Below are positions 28,384 to 41,676 of a stretch of 63,374 nt of DNA, piece after piece. The notes beneath the pieces were generated by a model. That model was not told the DNA's origin. It did no database searches and saw only the letters and a list, made by a program, of their open reading frames with translations. Position 1 is the stretch's first letter, and each line of letters opens with the position of its first letter. A program made the position numbers and the translations under genes. The stretch comes from Acidimicrobiia bacterium (lineage in GTDB: Bacteria; Actinomycetota; Acidimicrobiia; IMCC26256; JACDBD01), in the NCBI GenBank assembly GCA_035316025.1, contig DATFXL010000110.1, positions 1-63,374 of the forward strand, in the 5' to 3' direction.

Positions 28384-30185
28384 GGGGCGGCGGCGGGGGC
28401 CCGTTCGGCCAGCACGCGATCGAGGAGACGCTGACCCGCCGCGACGCGACGCAAGTGCTGCGCCGCCTCGCGCCCATGCTGCGCCCCTACCGCTGGCGGA
28501 TCGTGCTGTCGATCCTGCTGCTGATCGGACAGACGTCGTGCCTGCTGGCCGGGCCGGCGCTCGTCCGGCACGGCATCGACCAGGGACTACGCGCCAACGA
28601 CGCCGGCGCACTCAACCTCTCGGCGTTGCTCTATCTCTTTGCGGCGATCGCGGGCCTGTTCTTCGGCCGGGCCGTGATCAAGATGGTCGCCAGCGTCGGT
28701 GAGACGTTCCTGCGGGACCTCCGCTCGGGTGTGTTCCGACACTTGATGTCGCTCGGCATGGACTTCTTCGAGCGCGAGAAAACCGGCAAGCTCGTCGCCC
28801 GCATGACCTCGGACATGGACGCGCTGCAGGAGCTCGTCCAGATGGGCCTCGTCATGTTCGTCCAGAACGGTCTGCTGTTCGTGGGCGCGATCTTCGTGAT
28901 CTTCCTGATGAGCTGGCAGCTTGCGCTGTGCACGCTGATCGTGGTGCCGCCGGTCGTGATTGCCAGCCGCTGGTTCCGGCGGGCGTCCAACAAGGCGTAC
29001 CTGCTCGTGCGCGACCGGATCGGCCAGAACCTCTCGACCCTGCAGGAAGGGCTCGCGGGCATCCGCGTCGTGCAGGCGTTCGGCCGGGAGCGGGCATTCA
29101 CCCGCCGGTTCCAGGAGACCAACGAGGCTCAGTACGACGCCAACATCGAGACCGTCCGCATCTCGGCGAAGTACTTTCCGATCGTCGAGTTCGCCGGCGT
29201 CACCGGGATCGCCCTCATCGTCGGAATCGGCGGCGCGTTCGTGTCCGCCGACATCGTCACTGTCGGGACGGTTGCCGCTTTCGTGCTGTACCTGAACAAC
29301 CTGTTCGAGCCGATCCAGCAGCTGAGCCAGCTGTACAACACGCTGCAACAGGCGGGCGCCGCCCTCCAGAAGGTGTTCGAGCTCCTCGACGAGCCGCCCT
29401 CGATCGCCGAGCGGCCGGGCGCGATCGACCTGCCCGAGGAGGGCGGGCTCGAGCTCGAGCACGTGTCGTTCGGGTACGGGGAGGAGGACGTGCTCCACGA
29501 CATCTCGCTGTGCGTCCCGCTGGGGGAGCGGCTGGCGCTGGTCGGGCCGACGGGCGCGGGCAAGTCGACGCTGGCCAAGCTCATCGCCCGTTTCTACGAC
29601 CCGCGCGAAGGACGGGTCGACTACGGCGACGTCGACCTGCGCGACGCGACGCTGCGGTCCCTGCGGGAGCGCATCGTGGTCGTCCCTCAGGAAGGATTTC
29701 TCTTCGCCGGCAGCGTGCGTGAGAACGTCTTGGTCGGCAAGCCTGAAGCGACCGACGACGAGATCCGCGACGCCATCGCCGCGCTCGGGCTCGCCGAGCG
29801 CTTCGACAACCTGCCCGATGGCCTCGACACCGAGGTCCGCGAGCGCGGCTCGCGCCTGTCGGCCGGCGAGCGCCAGCTGGTGTCGCTGGTCCGGGCCGCG
29901 CTCGCCGATCCCGCGCTGCTCGTCCTCGACGAGGCCACCTCGAGCCTCGACCCGGGCACCGAGCACGCCGTCGAGCGCGCCCTCGGTCACCTCACCGCGG
30001 GGCGGACCGTGGTCGTGGTGGCCCACCGGTTGTCGACGGCGGCGCGCGCCGATCGCATCGCCGTCGTCGACGACGGCCGCGTTCCGGAGCTCGGGACCCA
30101 CGACGAGCTCATCGCGCACGAGGGTCGATACGCGAGCCTCTACGCGGCGTGGGACTCGCGCGCCGCGATGGGCCGAGCGTCGTAG
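28380..30185 (+). CDS. Heterodimeric ABC exporter subunit B (TMD+NBD)
   Basis: GPTGAGKST, degenerate signature LSAGERQL, LVLDEAT, AHRLST. Confidence 0.92.
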   Translation: MRGGGGGPFGQHAIEETLTRRDATQVLRRLAPMLRPYRWRIVLSILLLIGQTSCLLAGPALVRHGIDQGLRANDAGALNLSALLYLFAAIAGLFFGRAVIKMVASVGETFLRDLRSGVFRHLMSLGMDFFEREKTGKLVARMTSDMDALQELVQMGLVMFVQNGLLFVGAIFVIFLMSWQLALCTLIVVPPVVIASRWFRRASNKAYLLVRDRIGQNLSTLQEGLAGIRVVQAFGRERAFTRRFQETNEAQYDANIETVRISAKYFPIVEFAGVTGIALIVGIGGAFVSADIVTVGTVAAFVLYLNNLFEPIQQLSQLYNTLQQAGAALQKVFELLDEPPSIAERPGAIDLPEEGGLELEHVSFGYGEEDVLHDISLCVPLGERLALVGPTGAGKSTLAKLIARFYDPREGRVDYGDVDLRDATLRSLRERIVVVPQEGFLFAGSVRENVLVGKPEATDDEIRDAIAALGLAERFDNLPDGLDTEVRERGSRLSAGERQLVSLVRAALADPALLVLDEATSSLDPGTEHAVERALGHLTAGRTVVVVAHRLSTAARADRIAVVDDGRVPELGTHDELIAHEGRYASLYAAWDSRAAMGRAS

Positions 30186-30226
30186 CGCAGTTCGCGTTCG
30201 GCGTCAGCTCGGCCCCGTAGGCGGTC

Positions 30227-30790
30227 CTAGGCGACGCCGAACGCGTGGGTCTCGGCCTCGCGCTTGATCTGCCCGAGGACGATGCGGCGAATGAGTGCGC
30301 TGAACGGCCCGACGAGGCGCCAGTACCACCCGAAGTTGCGGCGGGCGTCGCCGTCGGTGGACGAGACGCGCGTCTCGGTAGTAACCGTCGAGCCGCCGTC
30401 CGGGCGGTCGGTGACGACGAAGTTCCACACCGCCTTGGAGAAGCCGGGCTGGTCGAAGGCGGCGAACTCGCTCGCCTCGATGCGATGGACGCCGCTGCTC
30501 GGCCGCCAGAACTTGCCGACGATGCCCAGGACGAGCTCGCGTCCGGGCTCCTCGGCCAGCACGACGAACCCGGACGCGAGGATGTCGTCCAGCTGCAGGC
30601 GGAGCTTCGGTTTCACGGCCCCGGTGAAGAGATGGGGGAGTCCGCGAGCGGCCAACAACGCGAGGACGATCGGCGACCGGGCGAGATCGATCTCCTTGAC
30701 CGCCCGGTAGGTGCGGTCGGCGGGGGCGGCGACGGCGATCTCGTGGTGCTCGAACTCGTCGTACTCCGGGAGGAATCGGTCGATGAGCAC
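30227..30790 (-). CDS. Hypothetical protein (DUF2867-like)
   Basis: LIDRFLPEYD, ELVLGIVGKFW, TETRV, FGWYWRLVGPFSALIRR. Confidence 0.7.
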   Translation of the reverse strand: MLIDRFLPEYDEFEHHEIAVAAPADRTYRAVKEIDLARSPIVLALLAARGLPHLFTGAVKPKLRLQLDDILASGFVVLAEEPGRELVLGIVGKFWRPSSGVHRIEASEFAAFDQPGFSKAVWNFVVTDRPDGGSTVTTETRVSSTDGDARRNFGWYWRLVGPFSALIRRIVLGQIKREAETHAFGVA

Positions 30791-30835
30791 GCCATCACGT
30801 TCGCGCCGCGCTTCTTGCCGAAGCGAAGCGGGGCG

Positions 30836-31890
30836 TCAGTCCGGCTTGTCGGTCACGCCGGCGGCGTCGAAGGTAGCCATCTCGCCGAGGATGTGGGCCC
30901 CTGCTTCGAGCAGGGGGAGCGCCAGACACGCGCCGGTGCCTTCGCCGAGGCGCAGCTCGAGGTCGAGGACGGGTGCCATCCCGAGCGTGTCGAGCACGAC
31001 GGCGGCGGCGGGTTCCGTGGAACGGTGCCCCGCAAAGCAGAACGGCAGCACGCCGGGCACGAGCCGCGCCGCCGTGAGCAGCGCGGCGCCGGCGATGACA
31101 CCGTCGACGACGACCGGGACGCGAGCGGCGGCGCCGCCGACCACGAAGCCGGCCAGCGCCGCGATCTCGAGCCCGCCGAGCGACGCGAGGACGGCCAGCG
31201 GATCGTCCAATCGCGATGTCCGCGCCAATCCCGCCTCGACGGCAGCGACCTTGCGGGCCAGGGTCAGGTCGTCGATGCCGGTGCCGCGACCCGTCACCTC
31301 GGCGGCGGCGCGGCCCGTGAACGCGGCGACGAGCGCGGCCGAGGGTGTCGTGTTGCCGATCCCCATGTCGCCCGTCACCAGGCAGGCGGCGCCCGCGGCG
31401 ACGAGGCGCGCCGCGACGTCAGCGCCCGTGTCCATGGCCCGCCTCGCCTCGTCGATCGCCATCGCCGGCTCCTCGGCGATGTTGCCGGTGCCGGCGCGGA
31501 CCTTGCGGCGCTCGAGCCCGGGCGCGGCATCGAGCTCGGTGGCGACGCCGACGTCGACCACGACGACGCGCGCGTCTGCGTGCCGCGCGAGCACGTTGAT
31601 TGCCGCCCCGCCGGCGAGGAAGTTCTGCACCATCTGCGCCGTGACGTCCTGTGGCCACGGCGTCACACCCTCCGCCAGCACGCCGTGGTCGCCGGCGAAC
31701 ACGGCCACCGCCGCCGGCGCCGGGACCGGTGGCGGGCAGCTCCCGGTGATCGCCGCAAGCCGAACGCCGATCGCTTCGATGCGCCCGAGCGAGCCGCGGG
31801 GCTTGGTCAGCCGGTCGTGGTGCTCGGCCGCAGCCCGCGCCGCCCCGTGATCGAGGTCGCCGACGGCGGCCGCGGCGTCGTCGAACGTCG

Positions 31891-31894
<4 letters not shown>
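30836..31894 (-). CDS. cobT: Nicotinate-nucleotide--dimethylbenzimidazole phosphoribosyltransferase
   Basis: LTKPRGSLGRIE, FAGDHGV, GDMGIGNTT, GRGTG, LRLGEGTGA. Confidence 0.96.
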
Positions 31895-33662
<1,768 letters not shown>

Positions 33663-33666
<4 letters not shown>

Positions 33667-36600
33667 CGCCCTTCCTCCCAACCTTCCGCTTCGAGCAGCG
33701 ACGACCGCAGCGTGTCGACCGCGCCGGTGCTCGCGTTCCATAACCCGCGCTCGTGCGCCTCGAGGAGTCGCTCGGCGACAGCGCGCAACGCCCACGGGTT
33801 CGACCGCTGGAAGAACTTCCGCACGTCGGGATCGCCGACGTAGGCGTCGGTGACGCGCTCGTACATCCAGTCCTCGACCACGTGCGTCGTGGCGTCATAC
33901 CCGAACAGGTAGTCGACCGTGGCCGCCAGCTCGAAGGCGCCCTTGTAGCCGTGGCGCTGCATCGCCCCGATCCACTTCGGGTTCAGGACCCGGCTGCGGA
34001 CGACCCGCGCCGCCTCCTCCGCAAGCGAGCGCACGCGCGGCCGGGCCGGGTCGGCCGAGTCGCCGAACCACGCCTTCGGGTCGGCGCCGGTGAGCGCGCG
34101 CACGGTCGCCACCATCCCGCCATGGTCCTGGAGATAATCGTCGGAGTCGAAGATGTCGTGTTCGCGGTTGTCCTGGTTCTTGATCGCGACGTCGATGGCG
34201 GCGAAGCGACGGCGCATGGCGTCGTCGGCCGCGACGCCATACCCGGCGCGGCCGTAGGCGTACCCGCCCCACACCGAATAGACGGCGGCGAGGTCGTCGT
34301 CGGTCGACCAGTCGCCCGACTCGAGCAGCGGCAGGATCCCCGACCCGTACCCACCCGGCGCGGGGCCGAAGACGCGCGGGTCATCGTCGGTGTGAGCACG
34401 CACGGGGTTCGACGCCGGCGGCTCGTCGATGCCGGCGACGAGGGCGGCGGCGTCGTCGATCAGCTGCACGAGGTTCGGGAATGCGTCGCGGAAGAAGCCC
34501 GATATCCGCACGACGACGTCGATGCGAGGCCGGCCGAGCTCGCTGAGCGGGATCGCCTCGATGCCGGCGACCCGCGCCGACTCGTCGTGCCAGCGGGGCC
34601 GGACGCCGAGCAGCGCGAGCGCCTCGGCGACGTCGTCCCCCTGGGTGCGCATCGCCGCCGTACCCCAGATCACGAGCCCGACCGTCGCCGGCACCGTGCC
34701 GTCCTCGGCGACGTGGCGGGCGACGAGCTCGTCGGCGAGGCGGCGACCGACGTCCCACGCCACCGGGGTCGGCAGCGCCTTCGGGTCCACCGAGAAGAAG
34801 TTGCGGCCCGTCGGCAGGACGTGCGCCATGCCCCGGCTGGGCGCGCCGCTCGGCCCCGCCGGCACGTAGCCCCCGGCAAGGCCGTGCAGCAGGTTGTCGA
34901 TCTCTTCTGGCGTCCGGCGCAAGGCGGGAACGAGCCGAAGCGACACCCACCGCAACGTCGGGTCGTCGCCGTCGTAATGCCAGCCGGCGCGCTGGAGCGC
35001 GGCGAGACGGTCGCGGCACACGGCCTCCACAGTGTCGACGTCGGCGCGGCCGTCGAGGCCGACGTCGAGCTCGTGAGCGACCGTCGCCCGCAGTGACGGC
35101 ACCGGCCCGTTGGGGAGTCGCGTCACCGCGAGCACAAGGTCGAGCTCGGCGTCGCCGTCCGGCGCGCGACCCAGGGTGTGCAGACCGCCGCGGATCTGCG
35201 CGTCTTTGAGCTCGCAGAGGTAGCCGTCGACGTGCAAGAGGAAGTCGTCGAACTGATCGTCGGCGGGCGCCTCGAGCCGTCCGAGGTCGCGGTGGATCTC
35301 GGCGTCGACGAGCAGGTCCCACACCTGGGCCCGCACCGCCGGCAGCTTCGACGGGTCGAGCGCCTGCACCTGGGCGTGCTCGTCGAGCAACTGCTCGAGC
35401 CGGGCCACCTCGTCGTAGGCGTCGGCGCGCGTGAGCGGGGGCACGAGGTGGTCCACGATCACGGCGTGGGCGCGCCGCTTGGCCTGCGTGCCCTCGCCGG
35501 GGTCGTTCACGACGAACGGGTAGAAGAGGGGCAGCGCGGCGAGGGCGGCGTCCGGTGCGCAGGCGGCTGACAGGCCGACGCCCTTGCCCGGGAGCCACTC
35601 GAGGGTGCCGTGCTTGCCTGCGTGCACGATGGCGTGGGCGCCGAAGCCCGTCTCGAGCCACCGATAGAAGCCGAGGTAGTGGTGCGTGGGCGGGATGCGG
35701 GGCGAGTGGTACGTCGCGGTCGGATCGGGCCCGAACGCCCGAGGCGGCTGGACGGCGACGAGCACGTCGCCGAGGTCGACGGCCGCGAACGCGAGCGCGT
35801 CGCCGTCGCGGAAGGCCGATCCGGGGGGCGCGCCCCACGCCGCGCTGACCTCGTCGCGCAGTGCGTCCGGCAGGCCGCCGAACCACGCCGCGTACTCGCC
35901 GCCGTCGAGGCGGCCGGGCGCTCGAGCGAGCTGCCCCGGAGTGAGCACGTCGGTGTCGTACGCGAAGCCGTTGGCGAGCTCCGCCATGAGGGCGTCGCCG
36001 TCGACGGGGACCCGGTCGACGCGGTAACCGGCGCGACGCAGAGCGTGCAGCAGCTCGACGACGCTCGCCGGCGTGTCGAGCCCCACGGCGTTGCCGAGTC
36101 GGCTCCGCTTGGTCGGGTACGCCGACAGGACGATGGCGACGCGCTTCTCGCCGGTCGGGACGCGGCGAAGCTCGGCGAACCGGACGGCGATGCCGGCGGC
36201 TCGCTCGACGCGATCGGCAGCAGTCCGGTACGCCACCACCGGTGCTCGGAGCTCGTCGCCGTCGTCGACGACCTCCTTGAACGAGAACGGGACGGTGATG
36301 ACGCGCCCGTCGAACTCGGGGATGGCGACGCTCATGGCGACGTCCATGGGCGTGAGCCCGGCGTCCGAGGCCGACCATTCCGCGCGCGGCCGGGTGGACG
36401 CGACGGCCTGGATCACCGGCACGTCGAGGGCCGCGAGCTGCGGCGCCGACCAATCGTCGCCGTCGGCGCCGCCCATCGCCAGCACGGTGGTGACGACGGC
36501 GTCGACGCCATAGTTGGCGAGCGCGTCGAGCGGGGGGACGGCGCCGCGCTCGTCGGGCCGGAGCGAGTAGCAGTAGACGGGTATCGCGTTCGCGCCGCGC

Positions 36601-37154
36601 GCGAGCAGGGCCGCAACGAGGTCGTCGACGAACTGGGTGTTCCCCGACAGCACGTGGGCGCGGTAGAAGACGACGCCCACGGTGGGCCGGTTCGGGTCGA
36701 GCGCCGGCGCGCCCCACACGCCCCACCCGGGGACGTCCTCGGGCGGCGCCGAGCCGAAGGCGGTGCCGAGCAGGCGGTCGGCGACGAAGCGCAGCAGCTG
36801 CTCGAGGTTGGTGAGCCCGCCGCGGGCGAGGTACGCGAAGGCGCGCTCGACGACGTCGGTTGGCGCCGTCGACGCCGCCGCCAGCTCGGCGTCGGGCGTC
36901 ACCTCGCCGCCGAACGCCAGCAGCGGAACGCCCTGCTCGGCGCAGCCGTCCCGGAGCGCGTCGAAGGGCCGCTCCCAGGCCCGCCGGCCGCCGAGCAGCC
37001 GGACGAGCACGACCTGCGCGCCGTCGATGCTCGGCGGCTCCTCGAGCGTCGCCGGGTTGGTCGCCCGCACCGCTGGGAACCCGGCGGGCAGCCCCTCGAG
37101 CACGGCGCGCAGCCCGAGGATCTCCGTGTCGGCGTTGGTGATCACGAGGATCAC
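33663..37154 (-). CDS. cobN: Cobaltochelatase subunit CobN
   Basis: GNAVGLDTPAS, HAGKHGTLEWLPGK, DPGEGTQAKRR, LPTGRNF, NPKWI..MQRHGYKGAFE. Confidence 0.97.
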
Positions 37155-38638
37155 GGCGCCGCCTCCTCGATCAGCGCGTCGAGGGCGCCGACGTCGACGT
37201 GCGCCTCGATGAGGTCCGCGAGCCGCTCGAACTGTGTGTCCCGGGCGGCGGCGAAGGACACGCCGGCGGGCACGAAGGTCTTCCCGGCGCGTCGGCCGAC
37301 TTCGGCGAGGAACGCGGCGCGGAACCCGTCCTGCTCGAACAGCCCGTGGAGGCTCGTTCCCAGTACGCGCGCCTCGGCATCGAGCGCACCGTCGTCCTCG
37401 GAGGCGTAGCAGTCGTCGAGATGGACCCATCCCGGGGCACCGTCGCGCCGGGTCACGCGACCGTGCCGGATCTCGTAACCGGTGATGCGCTGTCCTATGG
37501 ATTCGCCGCGCCGTTGCCGTGTGAGCTTCGTCGCCTCGAACACGGTGTCGACGTCGAGCCGGCCGAGCCCGTCGACGTCTCCCCGTCCGGACTCGACCCT
37601 GTCGCAGATCTGGCGACCCAGCAGCTGGTACCCGCCACAGATCCCGAGGACCAGGGCGTCGGTGCGCTCGAAGACGGCGCGCTCGAGCCCGGTGCTCCGG
37701 AACCAGTCGAGGTCGGCGACGGTGGCCTTCGTGCCGGGGAGGACGACGAGATCCGGCTGTCCGAGCGCGGCGGCAGTCTCGACGAATCGCACGTGCACGC
37801 CGGGCTCGATCGCGAGGGCGTCGAGGTCGGTGAAGTTCGCCAACCGCGGGAATCGCACCACCGCCACGTCGAGCCCGTCGCCGCACGGGCGAGCGCTCGC
37901 GACGGGACGGGGGCCGGCCAGCGCCAGCGAGTCCTCGGCGTCCAGGGCCACGTCGTGCACGAACGGCAGCACGCCGAGCACGGGCACACCGGCGCGCGCT
38001 TCGAGGTCGCCGAGGCCGTCGCCGAGCAGCGCCGGGTCGCCCCGGAGCTTGTTGATGACGAACGCGCGTACGAGCGCGCGGTACCGGTCGGGCAGGAGCG
38101 CGACGGTCCCATAGAGCGCGGCGAACACGCCGCCCCGGTCGATGTCGCCGACCAAGATGGCGGGCACCCCGAGCTCGTCGGCGATGCGTAGGTTCACGAT
38201 GTCGTGGTCGAGCAGGTTGATCTCGGCCGGGCTCCCCGCTCCTTCGAGGACGACGACGTCGAAGCGGCGGCGGAGGTCGTGGCACGCGTCCAGCACCGTG
38301 CCGAGGAGGTGCGGCTTCTCGGCGTGGTAGGCGGCGGCGTCGAGGTGCCCGACCGGCTCACCCATGACGACGACCTGACTCGTCCGCTCGCCCGTCGGCT
38401 TGAGCAGGATCGGGTTCATCGCCACCTCGGGGACGGCGCCGGCGGCGAGGGCCTGGACGCCCTGGGCCCTTCCGATCTCGTGGCCGGACGGCGTGACGAA
38501 CGAGTTGAGCGCCATGTTCTGCGCCTTGAACGGCGCGACGCGCACGCCGCGCCGGTGCAGCAGCCGGCACAACCCGGTCACGACGTGGCTCTTGCCGGTG
38601 TCGCTGCCCGTCCCGCACACCATGAGCGCCCCGCGCAT
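37151..38638 (-). CDS. cobQ: Cobyric acid synthase
   Basis: GTGSDTGKS, PFKAQNM, EGAGSPAEINL, DIDRGGVFA, NFTD, GICGGYQ, GYEIRHG. Confidence 0.96.
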   Translation of the reverse strand: MRGALMVCGTGSDTGKSHVVTGLCRLLHRRGVRVAPFKAQNMALNSFVTPSGHEIGRAQGVQALAAGAVPEVAMNPILLKPTGERTSQVVVMGEPVGHLDAAAYHAEKPHLLGTVLDACHDLRRRFDVVVLEGAGSPAEINLLDHDIVNLRIADELGVPAILVGDIDRGGVFAALYGTVALLPDRYRALVRAFVINKLRGDPALLGDGLGDLEARAGVPVLGVLPFVHDVALDAEDSLALAGPRPVASARPCGDGLDVAVVRFPRLANFTDLDALAIEPGVHVRFVETAAALGQPDLVVLPGTKATVADLDWFRSTGLERAVFERTDALVLGICGGYQLLGRQICDRVESGRGDVDGLGRLDVDTVFEATKLTRQRRGESIGQRITGYEIRHGRVTRRDGAPGWVHLDDCYASEDDGALDAEARVLGTSLHGLFEQDGFRAAFLAEVGRRAGKTFVPAGVSFAAARDTQFERLADLIEAHVDVGALDALIEEAAP

Positions 38639-39564
38639 CAGGCCGACACCTTCTGGGCTGCGACGGCGTGCAACACGGCGTCGAGACGCTCGAGGCCGCC
38701 CGCGTCGGGTACGGCGACGCGCGCGCAGCCGCCGAGACCGAACGACGTGCAGTCGCGCACGACGACGCCGAGCGGCGCGAGTCGCTCGCGCAGACCGGCG
38801 GCGCCGTCCACGAGCACGTACGGCGCGTCGGAAGGGCGCGGCCGCAACCCGTGCGCGCGCAGCACGGCAATGAGCTCGGCGCGGAGGCGCCCGATCTCCG
38901 TGGCCCACGCCGGCAGGTCGGCCCGTGCCAGCATCTCGGGGACGAGAGCGGCCGCTATGCCGTTGACCGCCCAGCGGGGTTGACGGGCGCGGACACGGTG
39001 GGCGAGACCGGGGTCGGGGGCGAGCGCATAGCCGACCCGCAGGCCCGGGCATCCGAAGACCTTCGTGAGCGAGCCGAGGACGACGGCGCCGGCGTCGCCC
39101 CGGGTCCACGTGCCCGTGGCCAGGGGGTAGAAGGCCTCGTCCCAGACGGCGGCCCGGGCGTCCGCCCGCGCCAGCTCGCCGGTCGGGTTGCGCGGGTTCG
39201 ACCGCCACACGGGCGCCCCGGGGACCAGCGCCGGGAGGTGGCGCCGGTACAGCGAGAAGTCGGGCGCCGCGACCCAGCCCGGCCCGAGCTCGGCCGCGAC
39301 GAGCGCGATCGCCTCCGCCCCGCCGTTCGTGAGGACGACCCGATCGGCGTCCACGCCGATCGCGTCGGCGAGGGCGTGGGTCGCACGGGCCGCGTCGGGG
39401 TATTGCGTGAGGGCGTCGAGATGGCCGAGCGCGAGGTTCCGGACGTCGGGCGCGCACGGGTTCAGGCTGACGGACAAGTCGAGCATCGACGCCGGGTCGA
39501 CGCCGAGCACGGCCGCGACCGCGGGCCCGTCGCCGCCGTGGGGGCCCGGCACCGGCACCGTCAC
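38638..39564 (-). CDS. Threonine-phosphate decarboxylase (PLP; Salmonella CobD / Pseudomonas CobC type)
   Basis: HGGD, DLSVSLNP, NPRNPTG, WDEAF, SLTKVFGCPGLRVGY; cluster position. Confidence 0.85.
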   Translation of the reverse strand: MTVPVPGPHGGDGPAVAAVLGVDPASMLDLSVSLNPCAPDVRNLALGHLDALTQYPDAARATHALADAIGVDADRVVLTNGGAEAIALVAAELGPGWVAAPDFSLYRRHLPALVPGAPVWRSNPRNPTGELARADARAAVWDEAFYPLATGTWTRGDAGAVVLGSLTKVFGCPGLRVGYALAPDPGLAHRVRARQPRWAVNGIAAALVPEMLARADLPAWATEIGRLRAELIAVLRAHGLRPRPSDAPYVLVDGAAGLRERLAPLGVVVRDCTSFGLGGCARVAVPDAGGLERLDAVLHAVAAQKVSA

Positions 39565-40487
39565 GGCTTCCTCCCGTTCGTCCCGCGTCGTCGGCGACGG
39601 AGCCATCGCACCACAGAGGGCGCGACGAGGACCGTGACCAGCGCACCAGTCACGTCACGCGAGAGGCGGACGGCGGCGCGGATGTCCCCCGGCTCCGGCG
39701 TCCGGCCGTCACCGAGTGGAGGACGCTGCTCGGTGCGGTCGCCGTATCGGTTCGTTCCGCCGAGTCGCACGCCGAGCGCGGCCGCGAACGCCGCTTCAGC
39801 GATGCCGGCGTTCGGCGAGGGGTGGGCGGAGGCGTCGTTGCGTGTCGTTCGGGCGACGCGCGCGACCGCGCGGGGGCGCACGGCGGCCACGAGCACGGCG
39901 GTAACGCGCGCCGGGATCAGACCGGCGACGTCGTCCAGACGCGCGCTCGCCCAGCCGAACTGCTCGTAGCGCGACGACCGGTGGCCGACCATGGCGTCCA
40001 ACGTGTTCACGGCGCGGTAGGCGAACACGCCGGGCGCCCCGGCAGCGGCCGCCCACAGCGCCGGCGCGACGACGGCGTCGACCGTGTTCTCCGCCACCGA
40101 CTCGACGACCGCCCGCGCGATCTCCGATTCGTCGAGCCGTGACGGGTCCCGCCCGACGAGCGCGGGGAGCGTCGCCCGTGCCGCCTTCAGGTCGCCGCGC
40201 CCGAGCGCGGCCTCGACGCCGAGCGCGGCGCCGGCGAGCGCGCGCCCGGCGACCGCGACGTAGGCCGCCGCCGCCGGCGAACCGAGCGCCGCCCCCGCCG
40301 CCACCGCCAGCCCGATCCCGAGGGCGGCGTGGGCTGCGCCGGCGTCGCGCGTGTCGCGATAGAGCTGCGCCTCGAGCCGGCGCATCACGGTGCCGAACCC
40401 GGCGACCGGGTGGGCGACGGCGGGCGGCTCGCCGAGGAGATGGTCGGCCATGACCCCCGCCGCCGCGCCGAGCGACCGGCTCACCAT
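39561..40487 (-). CDS. cbiB: Adenosylcobinamide-phosphate synthase
   Basis: GEPP..HPV, LVGRDP, ESVAENTVD, YRAVNTLDAMVGH, HPSPNAG. Confidence 0.95.
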   Translation of the reverse strand: MVSRSLGAAAGVMADHLLGEPPAVAHPVAGFGTVMRRLEAQLYRDTRDAGAAHAALGIGLAVAAGAALGSPAAAAYVAVAGRALAGAALGVEAALGRGDLKAARATLPALVGRDPSRLDESEIARAVVESVAENTVDAVVAPALWAAAAGAPGVFAYRAVNTLDAMVGHRSSRYEQFGWASARLDDVAGLIPARVTAVLVAAVRPRAVARVARTTRNDASAHPSPNAGIAEAAFAAALGVRLGGTNRYGDRTEQRPPLGDGRTPEPGDIRAAVRLSRDVTGALVTVLVAPSVVRWLRRRRRGTNGRKP

Positions 40488-41182
40488 CGGGCCGCCGCGA
40501 CGAGCAGTCCGGTCGTCTCGCCCACGACGCCGGCGGCGCCGAGCACGTCCCCGGTGAACCCGCCGACACGCCTCCAGGCCAGCGCGACGACGGCGGCCGC
40601 GCCGACCACCACGCCGCCGACGGCGGCGGCGCCTACCGTGCCCGGCCCCGCGAACGCGAGCGCCACGGCGAGCACGGCGCCGACGGCGGCGGTGGTCACC
40701 GCCCGGCCGCCGAGGAACGCGGCGGCGAGCCCGTCCGGGCGCGCGTACGGGACCGTGCGCGCCGTGACCGCCATCGCCGTGCGCGACGCGCACCACAATC
40801 CGCCGAGCAGCAGCGGTGACGGCGCCGTGACGGCCAACGCCGTCCAGCGCAGGAGCAGGACCGCGGTCACCGTCGCGGCGCCGAACGCGCCGACGTCGGG
40901 CTCGCCCATGACCTCGACCCGGCGTGCCCGATCGAGATGGGGCAGCAGTCCGTCAGCGGCGTCGGCCAGCCCGTCGACGTGGAGCATCCCGGTGAGCGCG
41001 AGGTCGACGGCGACGACGATCGCCGCCGCCACCGCCGCCGGCCACACCCGCTCTGCTCCCCACCACACCGCGCCGAGCGCGAGGCCGAGCACGGCACCCA
41101 CGACCGGGAACCACCCCAGCGTGTCGGACCGCGGCTCGGCCGCGCCGAAGAGGGGAGTGAGGAACGCCAGCGCGCGCCGCAT
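40481..41182 (-). CDS. cobS: Adenosylcobinamide-GDP ribazoletransferase (cobalamin synthase)
   Basis: FLT, TGMLHVDGLADAADG, GGFTGDVLGA. Confidence 0.95.
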   Translation of the reverse strand: MRRALAFLTPLFGAAEPRSDTLGWFPVVGAVLGLALGAVWWGAERVWPAAVAAAIVVAVDLALTGMLHVDGLADAADGLLPHLDRARRVEVMGEPDVGAFGAATVTAVLLLRWTALAVTAPSPLLLGGLWCASRTAMAVTARTVPYARPDGLAAAFLGGRAVTTAAVGAVLAVALAFAGPGTVGAAAVGGVVVGAAAVVALAWRRVGGFTGDVLGAAGVVGETTGLLVAAARW

Positions 41183-41676
41183 CAGGCGGTGTCCTGGAGC
41201 CGCAGGGCGCGGCCGGCCACGACGAGCACGACTTCGCCGGCGACGGCGGCGACCGCCTGGTTGAGCTCGCCCAACGCGTCCCTGAACCGCCGGCCCGCGG
41301 CAGTCGCCGGATGCACGCCCAGGCCGACCTCCTCGGACACGACCACCGTGTCGCCGGCGCGCGTCATGAGCGCGTCGCATAGGGCGCCGGCGTCGACGGC
41401 GAGATCCGGCGCGGCCGCGAGCCACGGGCCGAGCGCGTCGAGCAGCACGGTCCCCGCCGTAGCCGCCAGCAGCGCGGGCAGGTCGGGCCCGCTCTCGATC
41501 GTCGTCCACGACGCCGGGCGCCGGGCCCGGTGCGCGGCGATCCGCGCCGCGAGGTCGTCGTCGCCGTCGACGGACGCGGTGGCCACGTACGACACCGGCT
41601 CGGGGAGCGAGGCCGCGAGGTGCTCGGCGTGGCCGGATTTCCCCGACCGGGCGCCGCCGAGCACGAGCGCGATCAC
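41182..41676 (-). CDS. cobU: Bifunctional adenosylcobinamide kinase/guanylyltransferase
   Basis: LGGARSGKS, YVATA, RIAAHRARRP.SWTTIE, VSEEVGLG, FRDALGELNQ. Confidence 0.94.
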   Translation of the reverse strand: MIALVLGGARSGKSGHAEHLAASLPEPVSYVATASVDGDDDLAARIAAHRARRPASWTTIESGPDLPALLAATAGTVLLDALGPWLAAAPDLAVDAGALCDALMTRAGDTVVVSEEVGLGVHPATAAGRRFRDALGELNQAVAAVAGEVVLVVAGRALRLQDTA

